Notes under the pieces: generated by a model | Seen by the model: only the letters and a program-made list of their open reading frames with translations | The model's database searches: none | What the model was told of the DNA's origin: nothing | Shown here: piece after piece, positions 41,880 to 52,217 of the stretch | Numbering within the stretch: the stretch's first letter is position 1 | How the letters are laid out: every line of letters starts with the position of its first letter | Origin: an uncultured Nitrospinota bacterium | GTDB lineage: Bacteria; Tectomicrobia; Entotheonellia; J063; CAVPRW01 | Direction of reading: 5' to 3' | Length of the DNA stretch: 64,000 nucleotides | Assembly: GCA_963707985.1 (NCBI GenBank) | Contig: CAVPRW010000031.1 | Span: 32,001 to 96,000, forward strand | Translations under genes and position numbers: made by a program

Positions 41880-43085
41880 ATGGTCAATGATTCCCACCAA
41901 GCGGACTTCCTGACGGCCGCCAGGACGGCGTTAGTTCTCCTCTTCCTAGGTTTTTTGGTGTCGTGTGCGCACGTCCAGGCAGTCTTGGCAGCGAAACACC
42001 CCAAAAGAGCGGCTTGCTCGGCATCAGTTCCCGAGCTGTTCGATCGCGTCTCGCCATCAGTAGTTTTCATCGCTGCCACTACGATCAACCCTTATCAACT
42101 CTCAGACCGTGTCAGCCATATCGTGGGAACAGGGTTTATCTATGACTCCTCAGGGCTGATTCTGACCAATAGCCATGTGGCATTCGGTCGTCAATCGATC
42201 ATGGTAACGCTGGATGACGGGACCAGCGCATCGGCACAACTGGTGGGAGCGGACCCGATCTTTGACGTAGCCGTTCTGCGTATCGCTCACCCTCAGGGAG
42301 GAAGACTGCCCACGGCGGCATTGGGCGATTCCGATGGTGTCCGCATCGGTGAGGAAGTTTTGGCCATTGGCAACCCTTTAGGGCTGGATCAGAGTGTGAC
42401 CCGCGGGATTGTGTCGGCGCTGAATCGAATCCTTCCCGAAACGCCGTTTTCGCTTGAGGAGCCGCTCATTCAGACCGATGCCGCCATGAACCCGGGCAAT
42501 TCCGGTGGGCCATTGCTAAATCGCTGCGGCGAGGTCATCGGGATCAGCACCGCCATCATCGCTGACGCCGCGAATATCAGCTTCGCCATTCCCATAAATC
42601 TAGCAAAGGCTGTGCTCCCCTCGTTGCTCGCCCATGGCCGTGTCATTCGCCCCTGGATCGGTTTCCACGGGCAGCTCATCGATGGAGTGCTGTTAGACCT
42701 CTTGCGCATTCCTCTCGCTGAGGGGCTGCTAGTTGAAGCGGTCGAACCGGGCTCACCAGCCGATCATGCAGGGCTGCGGGGTGGACAGATTGAAGTCGCC
42801 ATCGGTGAGCACGATTTTCTCATCGGCGGCGACATCATTCTGAGCATCAACGGTATGCGCCTGGACACGCCTGAGAAGCTCAACAACGTCATGCGGGCCT
42901 TGCAGGTAGGGTCAACAGTCTCACTAAAGGTCTTTCGGGATGGGAAAGAGCGGGATATCCAGTACGTCCTGCCTGAGCGGCCGATTTTACCCGCGGACAT
43001 TGGCCGACAGCGCTTGTTGGCGCCGCTCGCAGGTAGGGTCATCCCTCGTGTGGCCCCCCGAGATTGGCCCACGAGGGGGCGATAA
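41880..43085 (+). CDS. HtrA/DegP-like S1C serine protease with PDZ domain
   Basis: ILTNSHV, DVAVL, IQTDAAMNPGNSGGPL, PGSPADHAGL. Confidence 0.92.
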   Translation: MVNDSHQADFLTAARTALVLLFLGFLVSCAHVQAVLAAKHPKRAACSASVPELFDRVSPSVVFIAATTINPYQLSDRVSHIVGTGFIYDSSGLILTNSHVAFGRQSIMVTLDDGTSASAQLVGADPIFDVAVLRIAHPQGGRLPTAALGDSDGVRIGEEVLAIGNPLGLDQSVTRGIVSALNRILPETPFSLEEPLIQTDAAMNPGNSGGPLLNRCGEVIGISTAIIADAANISFAIPINLAKAVLPSLLAHGRVIRPWIGFHGQLIDGVLLDLLRIPLAEGLLVEAVEPGSPADHAGLRGGQIEVAIGEHDFLIGGDIILSINGMRLDTPEKLNNVMRALQVGSTVSLKVFRDGKERDIQYVLPERPILPADIGRQRLLAPLAGRVIPRVAPRDWPTRGR

Positions 43086-43220
43086 GGCTTCAACAGCATG
43101 GTCCCGCGACACTGCAGGGAAACGCCCTGGCCTCGCATCACACCCGATACGAAGCGTCCTGCCATCCCCTACCGAATGGCTCTGAAGGCCGCTTCATGGC
43201 ATGCAGTGTAGCCCTCGGTC

Positions 43221-44417
43221 TTAGGTCGGTGCGAGATTCGTCGCTACATCCTGTCGATAGGATTGGATGGCGGGGATCAGGCCGGCAATGGCCGATAAGA
43301 GGAGCACAGCGCTGACCACCACGACCTCTCCAATCGTGAACGCCGGCCTGATCGCAATCGCGCTGGCTTCATGCAGGTGCGACGCGATATACAGCGCGGC
43401 CAGGTGGCCAGCGATCAAACCAAGAACCGTGCCCCACGCCGCTGTAATTAGTGGCTCCGCTAGGCCGATGACGAATACGGACCCTCGTCCCGCCCCTAAC
43501 GCACGCAGGATTGCGGTCTCGCGTCGTCGTTGGGCACCTACGGCGTAGCTCCCCAAGAACACCGTCGCGGCTCCCATGATCAGCGCCAGATAGCAGACCT
43601 TGGTGAGAATAGCCTGGCCTTGCCCGAGAAAATCGAACAGACGGGCCATCCCTTGCCCTGTCAGCACAGCCTGGGCAACCGTGCTCTGATTGATTTCCTG
43701 GTGGAGCTGGTAGAACTCCTTGATGCCCACAGGCCGTATCATGGCCGCGGTAATCTCTCGTGCCGTGTCATCGTGGACATCCCAATAGCTGTCGAGTGGT
43801 ACGAAGATGGCGCGGTCGAGGGGAGTATCACTCGGCTTCAGCATGCCCACGATCGTGTAGCGCGCCTGATGTGTCTCTCCGAGAACTCCCTCAAGCAGTC
43901 CGTGCTGACTTTGAAAGGTGTCCTGCAGGCCCATGCGCCATTTGGCGGCAACTTGAGCGCCAAGCACGGCCTCAAAGGTGCTCTCGAAGGCGCGACCTTG
44001 GGCCACAGCGAAATACGGCTGCTTGCTGGCAGGATCTGCCAACACGAAGAACTCACGACCGACGCCGACGATGCGGAAACCCCTCACGCTATCGCCCATC
44101 GCCAACGGAATGGCATCGGCAACTCGCGGATCACGGCGCAGCGCCTCGAAATAGTCGAGCGGAATGTTGCCCACGGGCGCGTCTTGCAGAAGGATGGTGC
44201 TCATAATCAGCTGGGTTGGGCTCCCCTTCGCCCCTACCAGTAAATCGAATGGGCGGCTAGCGCGCACGAGACCGTCTTCCATGGCCTGAGACAGGAGCAA
44301 CACGGTGATCGCCAGTGCCACCGCTGTCCCAAGGATGGCGGCGGTGACCATCGTCAGCACTGGTTGGAACAGGACGTTGCGCCATGCGATACGCAGTTCA
44401 GACATCTTCCCTGCCAA
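43221..44417 (-). CDS. MacB/FtsX-family ABC permease
   Basis: DLLVGAKGSPTQL, RRRETAILRALGA. Confidence 0.88.
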   Translation of the reverse strand: MAGKMSELRIAWRNVLFQPVLTMVTAAILGTAVALAITVLLLSQAMEDGLVRASRPFDLLVGAKGSPTQLIMSTILLQDAPVGNIPLDYFEALRRDPRVADAIPLAMGDSVRGFRIVGVGREFFVLADPASKQPYFAVAQGRAFESTFEAVLGAQVAAKWRMGLQDTFQSQHGLLEGVLGETHQARYTIVGMLKPSDTPLDRAIFVPLDSYWDVHDDTAREITAAMIRPVGIKEFYQLHQEINQSTVAQAVLTGQGMARLFDFLGQGQAILTKVCYLALIMGAATVFLGSYAVGAQRRRETAILRALGAGRGSVFVIGLAEPLITAAWGTVLGLIAGHLAALYIASHLHEASAIAIRPAFTIGEVVVVSAVLLLSAIAGLIPAIQSYRQDVATNLAPT

Positions 44418-45114
44418 CCGTCAGCAGGTTGGTTGGCCTCCCATTCAAACGCTCGACCCTGTCGAAGCTCGCCAGTAAACCGTGATCGTGGGTCGCCACC
44501 AAAACGATCTTACCACCGGTTTTGGCCTCCACCAGCAGGTGGTTGAGGACCACCTCGCGTGTCTCCTGGTCGACGCTAGCTGTGGGCTCATCGGCCAAGA
44601 TCACTTGTGGAGCATTGGCCAGTGCCCGTGCCACACCCACGCGCTGCTGCTCTCCAGCGCTCAACTGCCCAGGCTTATGACGCATGCGGTTAGCCAGCCC
44701 CAGCCTGGAAAGCAGCAGACGAGCTCTCTCCTGTCGCTCTGAAGCGGGTATGACCTGGGACAAATCCATGGCAATGCGGACGTTCTCAAGGGCGCTAAAT
44801 GCGGGCAGCAGGTTGAACGCCTGAAAGACGTAGCCAATGGTCCGTGCCCTGAAGCGGTCGCGCGCTCTCTCACTGAGCCTATGGATGGCGGTGCCGTTGA
44901 CCAAGACCTCACCCTGCGATGGGGTCAGTAGACCGGCAATAATGTTAAACAGTGTGGTTTTACCAGACCCACTAGGACCAATGATCGCCACAGTTTCACC
45001 GTGTTTCACCTCGAGTGCAGGCAAATTCAGGGCCGTGACTGTCGTGGCAGCACCGGGCAGGCGAAAGGTTTTCACCAGGTCTCGTACCACAAGTGATGGG
45101 ACATCTGGCATCAC
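44398..45114 (-). CDS. ABC transporter ATPase (LolD-like)
   Basis: GPSGSGKT, LSAGEQQR, ILADEPT. Confidence 0.92.
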   Translation of the reverse strand: MMPDVPSLVVRDLVKTFRLPGAATTVTALNLPALEVKHGETVAIIGPSGSGKTTLFNIIAGLLTPSQGEVLVNGTAIHRLSERARDRFRARTIGYVFQAFNLLPAFSALENVRIAMDLSQVIPASERQERARLLLSRLGLANRMRHKPGQLSAGEQQRVGVARALANAPQVILADEPTASVDQETREVVLNHLLVEAKTGGKIVLVATHDHGLLASFDRVERLNGRPTNLLTVGREDV

Positions 45115-45123
45115 GGTACCCTT

Positions 45124-45717
45124 CTATCGCAACACCTGCACGCCGTCGGCAGCAATGCGCAGCAAGCTGACAAAGCCGGTGGCCTCATCAGTCTTGGTCC
45201 CGATGTCCAACTGTCCGGTCACGCGCACGGCCGCCGCTGTCGGCTGGATGCTCTTACCAAGTGGCATGCGCACAAAGACGATGTCCTCGGGCCATTCGGC
45301 GTCGGATGCACAGAAGGGGCATAATGACAGGGGTACTCGCGTGAGAACGAAGAAATCCAAAGCGGGTTTCAGTGGTGGGGCCATAAAGCCGGTCATCGCT
45401 ACCCGTTGACCATTCAACGTTGCAAGCTTGTCGCTGAACACCAACCCCCTGGAACTACCACCCTTGTACAACTCGGTGAAGAGCAGCGTCGCGTCATTGG
45501 CCGCGGACGCCCGTGTTCCCTCCGCTAACTGGAACTCAGGCGATAGGCGCACTGCCGCCAACAGCCGGGCCTTTGCCGTCGCGGGTGCAAGGGTATCGAT
45601 GGCCCAGCGCCAAGCCTGTGCGCCGGCAGTGAACAGCACGATGAGGCCAAGTACCCCCACGACGCTGCCGATCACGAGCGTCATTTTCCCCCAACTCGTC
45701 TTTCGCACAGATCCCAT
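45124..45717 (-). CDS. Membrane-anchored DUF3299-like CPFC-motif protein (start uncertain)
   Basis: N-terminal TM; LNGQRVAMTGFMAPP..FFVLT..CPFC..WPEDIVFV. Confidence 0.65.
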   Translation of the reverse strand: MGSVRKTSWGKMTLVIGSVVGVLGLIVLFTAGAQAWRWAIDTLAPATAKARLLAAVRLSPEFQLAEGTRASAANDATLLFTELYKGGSSRGLVFSDKLATLNGQRVAMTGFMAPPLKPALDFFVLTRVPLSLCPFCASDAEWPEDIVFVRMPLGKSIQPTAAAVRVTGQLDIGTKTDEATGFVSLLRIAADGVQVLR

Positions 45718-45786
45718 CGGCGCGCACCCGCTATCAATGGTCGACGGTGGCTCGGCGCCGGGCACCGCACTCAGGGGTCGCATCGA

Positions 45787-47652
45787 CTATTGGCCGCCAA
45801 GAAGACTGGCCAGAGGGGAAGGCCCTTGGCGTGCATCGAGCCTCAAGGCATTGACGATGGCGAAGAACAATTCGGTGTTGTCGATGGTTTTGTGGAACTG
45901 TTCCGCCCCCGGACCACTCGCCGTGAGCGGGACATCCTCGACCGAGTGCACTGCGTTATTCGCGCTCCACGGCAGGTTACCAGTCTGCAGTTCACCGTCT
46001 CCGTTGCGCTGCTTATTCGCCACCCACTTGTCCCCCTCCTGAACGGTGGGCGAGAGGGGTTCCTGGTTGACTTTGTAATTCTCGTAGAACTCGGGATGAT
46101 TCGCCCAGTGGATGGACAGCGGTCGTGTCACGTCGACCTTATCCGGGAAACCGTTGCCATCGTTATCTTGATAGTCCGGAAATTTGGCATCGGCATAGAC
46201 ACGAACGGCCTCGCGACCCTTTTTGCCATCGCCCTCCCAGTAGGTACCGGTGATGCTCATGCCATGTGCATGGTCGGCGGTGACGATGATCAGCGTGTTC
46301 TGGCCATTCGCGGCGGCCCAGCGCTTGGCCACGCCGACGGCCTTGTCCATCTCGATGGTGTCCCAGATGGTCCGCTCCCAATCGAGCAGGTGGGCTTGCT
46401 TATCGATCGAGGCACCTTCGACCATCAAGAAAAACCCCTGGGGATTCTTGCCGAGGATTTTAAGCGCCGTTTCCGTCATCTCCCACAGCATCGGCTGGTC
46501 GGTGAACGTCTTCAACACGGCGTCCTTCTTGATCACCGCTTTATCCAGATAGACATTCATATTGCCAAGATGGAAGAGGCCTAGCAGTTTCGCTGGATCA
46601 TCGGCCACTTGCAACTCGCTGCGGGTGCCGACGAACTTATAGCCTTTCTCTTCGAATTCCTTAATCAAGTCACGGTTATCTTTGCGCCGTGATCCTGGAG
46701 TACTCTGCGGCAGGAGGGAGGCCGAGCCGCCACCCATGATGACAGCAGGCATCTGCGCTGGGTTCAGCATCTGATCCATGATACTGATGTATTCAGCTCT
46801 CCGGCGAGTATGAGCGAACATCGCAGCTGGCGTGGCATCCTGTATCTCCGCCGTGGTGACGAGACCGAATCCCATCTGGCGCGTGCGTTTGACCATTTCG
46901 CCGATGGTCTCGACTCTGGGATCGTCGTTCGGATCGCTCGTGTTATCGGGGTACACACCCATCGCATTCACGACCGACTTGTGGCCTGTCGCATAGGCCG
47001 AGGCGGAGTTCGCGGAGTCGGTGGCAATAGAGTCCATCCCCGAGGTGGTCACTGCAGCATAATACTCCATGTCATCCATCTCGAGCAGCGAATTGTACTT
47101 CCCTTCCTTCATCCCGCGTGAGACGATGCGGGCAGCTGTCCGCATCGGCAGGCTCATACCATCTCCGATGAACAAGATGACGTTTTTCGCCTGCTGGGGG
47201 GTAGGCTGTGCATCAACGACTTCGTATTCGACGGTCCTCGACAGCTGGACGCCCCCGGCCATGGCCGTTGCCGTCACCTGATGCCGGCCAGCCTCGCCCA
47301 ACGCCACATCTCTAAAGGTCTGCTCCTGACTGCTTGCTGAGCTGTTGGTGATTTGTCCGGGCTTGCCGAAAAGGGACTCCGCGGGCTTGCCATCGATCGT
47401 TATTCCCCAAGCGGTAGGCTTCTCGGCCAGGGCGTTGGCTTCAACGCGCAAGTCAAACCTCTGACCCGCGAGGAATTTCGCGCGATCGATCGGCAGGATA
47501 GTCATGGACGGTTCGGCAGCATAGGCTGGAGGAGTGGTCGATAGGAGAGCGACAGTGCAGAACACTGCTAGCGCCAGGTGCGTCAGCACCTCTGCAACAG
47601 GTTGGTTGAGCGTTGCAAGGGTCGTTCTTCTCATCGTCCGATTGTCTTTCAT
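45787..47652 (-). CDS. phoA: Alkaline phosphatase (PhoA family) with N-terminal extension
   Basis: NVILFIGDGM, TDSANSASAYATG, DATPAA, FFLMVEGASIDKQAH, VTADHAH. Confidence 0.92.
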   Translation of the reverse strand: MKDNRTMRRTTLATLNQPVAEVLTHLALAVFCTVALLSTTPPAYAAEPSMTILPIDRAKFLAGQRFDLRVEANALAEKPTAWGITIDGKPAESLFGKPGQITNSSASSQEQTFRDVALGEAGRHQVTATAMAGGVQLSRTVEYEVVDAQPTPQQAKNVILFIGDGMSLPMRTAARIVSRGMKEGKYNSLLEMDDMEYYAAVTTSGMDSIATDSANSASAYATGHKSVVNAMGVYPDNTSDPNDDPRVETIGEMVKRTRQMGFGLVTTAEIQDATPAAMFAHTRRRAEYISIMDQMLNPAQMPAVIMGGGSASLLPQSTPGSRRKDNRDLIKEFEEKGYKFVGTRSELQVADDPAKLLGLFHLGNMNVYLDKAVIKKDAVLKTFTDQPMLWEMTETALKILGKNPQGFFLMVEGASIDKQAHLLDWERTIWDTIEMDKAVGVAKRWAAANGQNTLIIVTADHAHGMSITGTYWEGDGKKGREAVRVYADAKFPDYQDNDGNGFPDKVDVTRPLSIHWANHPEFYENYKVNQEPLSPTVQEGDKWVANKQRNGDGELQTGNLPWSANNAVHSVEDVPLTASGPGAEQFHKTIDNTELFFAIVNALRLDARQGPSPLASLLGGQ

Positions 47653-47791
47653 CGCTGTTCTTCCTTTGCTTAGGTTTGGTATGTGGTGGATCGGGGTCTC
47701 CTGCGGCATTGGGTGGTTGGAAGCAGCTTCTACCTCTCTCCAGGGCAACGAGGTATGTGGATATGGTCCTTGTAGAGGATATGATCAGTAT

Positions 47792-47818
47792 ATTACGAGG
47801 TAATGAACTCCGTGTAAA
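47792..47818 (-). promoter_or_regulatory. Pho-box-like 11-bp direct repeats upstream of phoA
   Basis: Minus strand TTTAC-acggag-TTCAT-tacctc-GTAAT. Confidence 0.45.
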
Positions 47819-47923
47819 TTTTTACGTAGGCGATATGGAATGGATCTCTTTAGTGCAACATTTCGAGGGATCGTGCAAATAACCCCTGTATCAACTGGCC
47901 CAAGGCACCCCCCCCTGAATCTG

Positions 47924-48925
47924 CTAATGCACTATGTCGAGGAGTCGTGCGAAAATCCTCAGGATGGTTGCGATCACAGGAGGAATGGGATCTGGGTAAG
48001 TGATGTGCACGGGAGTCGCCCGCTCAATCCAGCGGGTCAGCCCGTCGACAGACAAGGTCCTCTCTGTGCTGATCCCCATCTGTCTCAGGGCTGCTGCGTT
48101 GCAGGCTTGCTCATATTGCCCCCACATGGGGATGGCCAGCAACTTCTTGCCCAGGTGGAGGGCCTCGGCTGGGGTTTCAAACCCGCTGCCGCACACCAGA
48201 CCTTCACACCCCGCCATACTGTGCGTAAAGGCGTCAGCTTCCACGGGGGCAAGGGTAATGCCACCTTGTGTATACGGCTGCCCACGATAGCGCTTCGAAA
48301 AGGTCTCCCATCGCACAGGCACCTGGCTCAGCACTTGGATCACCGTGGTGTCATCATAGGCTGGCAGGTAGACGGTATAGTGCCCCCGATGCGTGACCTC
48401 CGTCTCGCGTACGGCCTGGCGAACAATGGGCGTCTGAATCCAAGACTCATACGGCTGGAAGTGGAAGGCGATGGCCTTCTCTGTTGGCGCATACCAGCGC
48501 ATTAGCCATTCCGCAACGGGGTTTCGTCGGGGCGGGCGTGGCACCAATGGCGAGAGAAACGCGGCATGATGGCTCACGGCCAGGCAGGGGTGATGGCGAA
48601 TCCTGGCTGCCCACGCCGTTACAGGCTCAAAATCGCTGATGATCAGGTCAAAAGCCTGTGCCGGAACCTGCCTGACGTCAGCTAGGAACTGGGCAAGATC
48701 GAGGCGCCCCCACGACTCCAGATACCCTACACGTCCCGCCGTCCCAAAGGCCAACTCAATTCCACGCACGTGATGGATAGGCACATCAAGTCCTAAGGAC
48801 ACTTCATGCATCCCGCCGCTGATGAGGACCTCGACATCTGCCACAGCCATCAGGGCCCGGACAATCTCCCGAGAGCGCGAGAGATGGCCGTTACCGGTCC
48901 CCTGAATACCGAACAGGATCTTCAT
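47924..48925 (-). CDS. Glycosyltransferase (GT-B, MJ1255/VC2487-like)
   Basis: MKILFGIQGTGNGHLSRS, ISDFEP, GFETPAEALHLGK, GQYEQACNA. Confidence 0.85.
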   Translation of the reverse strand: MKILFGIQGTGNGHLSRSREIVRALMAVADVEVLISGGMHEVSLGLDVPIHHVRGIELAFGTAGRVGYLESWGRLDLAQFLADVRQVPAQAFDLIISDFEPVTAWAARIRHHPCLAVSHHAAFLSPLVPRPPRRNPVAEWLMRWYAPTEKAIAFHFQPYESWIQTPIVRQAVRETEVTHRGHYTVYLPAYDDTTVIQVLSQVPVRWETFSKRYRGQPYTQGGITLAPVEADAFTHSMAGCEGLVCGSGFETPAEALHLGKKLLAIPMWGQYEQACNAAALRQMGISTERTLSVDGLTRWIERATPVHITYPDPIPPVIATILRIFARLLDIVH

Positions 48926-49066
48926 CGCAGCCTCCCACAGGCAATCCAGTGCGCAACATCAAGGCAGCACCTGGAGAGGCTGAGCGTGCGGTGATGCGAT
49001 CATCGTCGTGACCAGAGCCGTGCTCCAGCACACAGGCAGGTATGTGGCCCTAGCGATCACGAGCAT

Positions 49067-49750
49067 CTAGAACACCTCACGCAGCTCGACATGCTCACCC
49101 TTGACGGCGATATAGCTGGACGGCATATCGGTCCAGCATCCGGTATTCCAATAGGTGGCCGTGCCCACCGTCTTCGTCATGGCTACATGGGTATGGCCAC
49201 AGAAGACGTGGGATGCTTGCCGTGTGCCGGCATACGTTAGTGCCCGATCCGCCACCTGTTGACTGAGGCGCAGCCAGCGCTTGCTGAGGCGCTTGAGCCG
49301 CCTGGCCAGCCAGCGTTGCCTGCAGCGATGCTGAAGACTGTGATACCCCCAGGTCGCTAGGTCGCTGATCCACGGATGATCAACGAGGAAGTGGTCAAAT
49401 TGATGGCCATGCAGGGCCAGCATCGTGAGACCCGCCTGGGTCCAGGTATACGTCTGATAGACCGGGACACCCAGGAAGTGCGAGGTGATCTCACTCAACC
49501 CCCAATCATGATTGCCTTCCACCCAGACGACCTGCACGTGATCGGAGAGCTGGCGAATCCGTGACAACACGTGCCAGTGGGACTTCTTCAGGCGGCGGAA
49601 ATTCAGATCATCAAAGATATCGCCAAGGAGGATGAGATGATCATAGGTTTCCGCCTCAAGGGTATCAAGCAGGGCCTTGGCCCGACAGACATGACTGCCA
49701 AGGTGTACGTCACTGACGATCAGGGTGTTATGGATGGGTAGGGGAAACAT
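49067..49750 (-). CDS. LpxH-like metallophosphoesterase, PlcP-like
   Basis: SDVHLG, LGDIFD, GNHD, HGHQFD, GHTH, NTGCW. Confidence 0.8.
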   Translation of the reverse strand: MFPLPIHNTLIVSDVHLGSHVCRAKALLDTLEAETYDHLILLGDIFDDLNFRRLKKSHWHVLSRIRQLSDHVQVVWVEGNHDWGLSEITSHFLGVPVYQTYTWTQAGLTMLALHGHQFDHFLVDHPWISDLATWGYHSLQHRCRQRWLARRLKRLSKRWLRLSQQVADRALTYAGTRQASHVFCGHTHVAMTKTVGTATYWNTGCWTDMPSSYIAVKGEHVELREVF

Positions 49751-49800
49751 TGGTCATCCCTCCATGCAGAACGTTCTGGTGGGTAGTATGGCAGGTCCAG

Positions 49801-49838
49801 GTGACGCGGCGATCACTTCGAGGTGACGGGGAGGTTAA
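49801..49838 (-). promoter_or_regulatory. Pho-box-like array, four 11-bp direct repeats
   Basis: Minus strand TTAAC-ctcccc-GTCAC-ctcgaa-GTGAT-cgccgc-GTCAC, followed by a -10-like CATACT. Confidence 0.6.
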
Positions 49839-49926
49839 ATTTAATACGTTGAACCCTCTGTGTTATCAAACGAACCCATGGCTGAAGCCACGATGGCACG
49901 CGACATAGCAGGGCCTCTCTCAAGGT

Positions 49927-50232
49927 TCACACCCGGTCGGTGAGCCCAGCAGCCATCGCCAGGGGCCCGAAGACCACCCGGTGGCTGACACGAACCTGAC
50001 GTCCGCGCCGATACGTTTTGCCCACCTGGGCATAGCCCAGGGCCGGCAGCGGCATCCAGGGGGGCTTCGGGGTTGGGCCTTTGGCTGATTGACGAGGTGG
50101 CTGCACCCAGTGACTACACTGGGCCAGTAGTGCTGTGGAGTAGTCCTTGAAGCCATCGCTGAGGAACAACGGGATACACCCAGGTACCCCCCCGTCGCCT
50201 CCCATGCGTTCCGGGGCGCGACGCGACCTCAC
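49927..50232 (-). mobile_element. Transposase remnant (IS1-like)
   Basis: PLFLSDGFKDYSTALL..YAQVGKTYRRGRQVRVSHRVVFG. Confidence 0.55.
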
Positions 50233-50507
50233 CCCAGCTCATTTGACATGTTCGGGGGTTGGACAAAAATAGCCAATAAGTTCCGATCTTCATTGTGTCT
50301 CATCGCACCGTCCCTCCAGTTACCCTTATTCTGCGCCTCAGAGATGTCCTGGTGGTGATTTCAAGGAAGGACCGATTGTTGAGAGCATCCGCAAGTAATG
50401 ATTTATCAAGGCGATCTCGTCTAGCGTACAAAATTTCTCCAATTCTTCGGGAAAGCCAGATACAGGTCACGGTTCCAGAGGCGTGACACTTCCATGAAGT
50501 GACCGGC

Positions 50508-51038
50508 TTACACCACGAGCTGGCTTGCGAGCTGGTCAACGTAACGCAGCGTCACCGCCGTCATCTCTTCCATCGTCAGATTGCTGATGGGGTGGGGCAA
50601 CTCAATAAGCGGATGGCCTTCCATACCTTTCGCTCGAAACTGGAATATGGCCGCTTTCTTGAAGGCTGCCGTAATCACGACGGTGGCCGGAATGCCCCGT
50701 TTCTCGAATTCGATGGTGTCGTGCACACTGCACAACGTGCAGGATCCTCACCCGCCGACGGCGGCGACGGCGACCTGTACCTCCTTGGCGATCTCATCAA
50801 TCAAGGCATCGGTCGCAGGCTTGGAGTAGTGCTCCTTGCGCTTGATGATGACGCGGGACACACCGTAGCGCTCGCACAAGGCGTCGGCAATGGTTTGCAG
50901 AATGACGGCACCCTGTTCCTTGGTGTTGTCGATCATGCCGACGGCTTTGCCGGCAAGGTCCATAGGCCTTGGGGCCATCACGATCTTCGCCTTGCTGCCG
51001 CCTACGGTCGGGTCGATGAATTCAAGGGTATTGTCCAT
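50508..51038 (-). CDS. UGSC-motif selenoprotein (176 aa, Sec at TGA 50748-50750)
   Basis: ORFs 50748..51065 and 50508..50735 are in one frame: AVGG-TGA-GSCTLCSVHD..EKRGIP. A SECIS-like hairpin starts 11 nt after the UGA. AGGAG RBS before ATG 51038. Confidence 0.88.
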
Positions 51039-51082
51039 GCGTGTCTCCTGCCAATCGTTCTTCAAGTCGATTCGTGTGCTGC

Positions 51083-52108
51083 CTAAATCTCATAGCGGCC
51101 GTGCACCGCCTGGCTGCCGCCGCTCCAGCCGTGGCAAATGGCGGTGCAGGGTCCCCAGCCCCCGGCGACGATCAACTGCAGGTCCTTCAGGTCCTTGATG
51201 GTCGGGATGAAGCAGTCATCATCGTCAGGGTCTACTTTGATCGGGAAGGCGAGCGCTCGTTCGCGGCGCCAGTTGCCGCCGCTCTTGAGATCACGGACCT
51301 TGCGTCCCGCCTGCGCACACAGGCGCCTATGCACCTCCGCGCGGGTCAAGCCCGCCTTGGCGCAGATTTCGGCGTGCTGCGGCCCCATGGCGATGACCAT
51401 GTCCGAGCGGGTATGCATGTTCCAAGAACCCATGCCGGTCATCCCGTCGGCGATCCCCGTCAACAGCCGGTCCGGTTCCTGGCTGACGTCGTCGAAGCAC
51501 AGGCGCGGACTCTCAACCATCGCGCAGGTGATCACATTGTCGTCCGGTGCATAGCCTTTTGAGACGGCCAAGGACTCCCAAGGGCTGTGCTCGAGGTTCT
51601 CGGTGAGGCACGCCGTATAGCGCATCGGGGTCGCAAAAATCGTTGCCGAAGCGATGCCGGGAATACCGCCTCCGAGGTTCATCATCATGAGCCGTATGGC
51701 GCGCCCAATGGTGGCATTCGCGCGGAAACCAGGGCCGAAGCAGCCGTTTCCACCGTGCAGCCCGATCCGCTGCGCGTATGGGCCGTTGACGATCATGAGG
51801 GGCGCGACGCCGTGCATGGTGCCTTGCACGCCATTGAGATTGAACTCCTCGCGCAGCATCAGGGTGATGCCCCCCAGAACCACTGGCAGATATTCGGGCT
51901 TGCAGCCGGCCATGAGGGCGTGGACGGCGACGGTGCGGACGGTCGCTGGCTCCATGGCCGGCGGTATGTTGCCAATCGGTTCATCCGGATGGTGTCTCGT
52001 CCCCATGAGCATGCGTTGCAGGCGCGCTTCCGTCGGCGTCACGACCGGGAGACCGTCCGACCATTCCTTTTCGAGGAAGAACTCGAATTCGTCGACTGGG
52101 GTGCTCAT
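51083..52108 (-). CDS. Conserved hypothetical partner of UGSC proteins
   Basis: WSDGLPVVTPT, ALMAGCKPEYLPVV, GPGFRANATIGRA. Confidence 0.8.
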   Translation of the reverse strand: MSTPVDEFEFFLEKEWSDGLPVVTPTEARLQRMLMGTRHHPDEPIGNIPPAMEPATVRTVAVHALMAGCKPEYLPVVLGGITLMLREEFNLNGVQGTMHGVAPLMIVNGPYAQRIGLHGGNGCFGPGFRANATIGRAIRLMMMNLGGGIPGIASATIFATPMRYTACLTENLEHSPWESLAVSKGYAPDDNVITCAMVESPRLCFDDVSQEPDRLLTGIADGMTGMGSWNMHTRSDMVIAMGPQHAEICAKAGLTRAEVHRRLCAQAGRKVRDLKSGGNWRRERALAFPIKVDPDDDDCFIPTIKDLKDLQLIVAGGWGPCTAICHGWSGGSQAVHGRYEI

Positions 52109-52217
52109 GGCGGATCTTGCCCTCGCGTCGTGCTGCATTGGCGTTGATGTTGGCGGTCTTGATGCCCTTGTCCCGCTTGGCGGTTTCCGCCTGGATGAAG
52201 GCCTGGCATGCCTCGGG

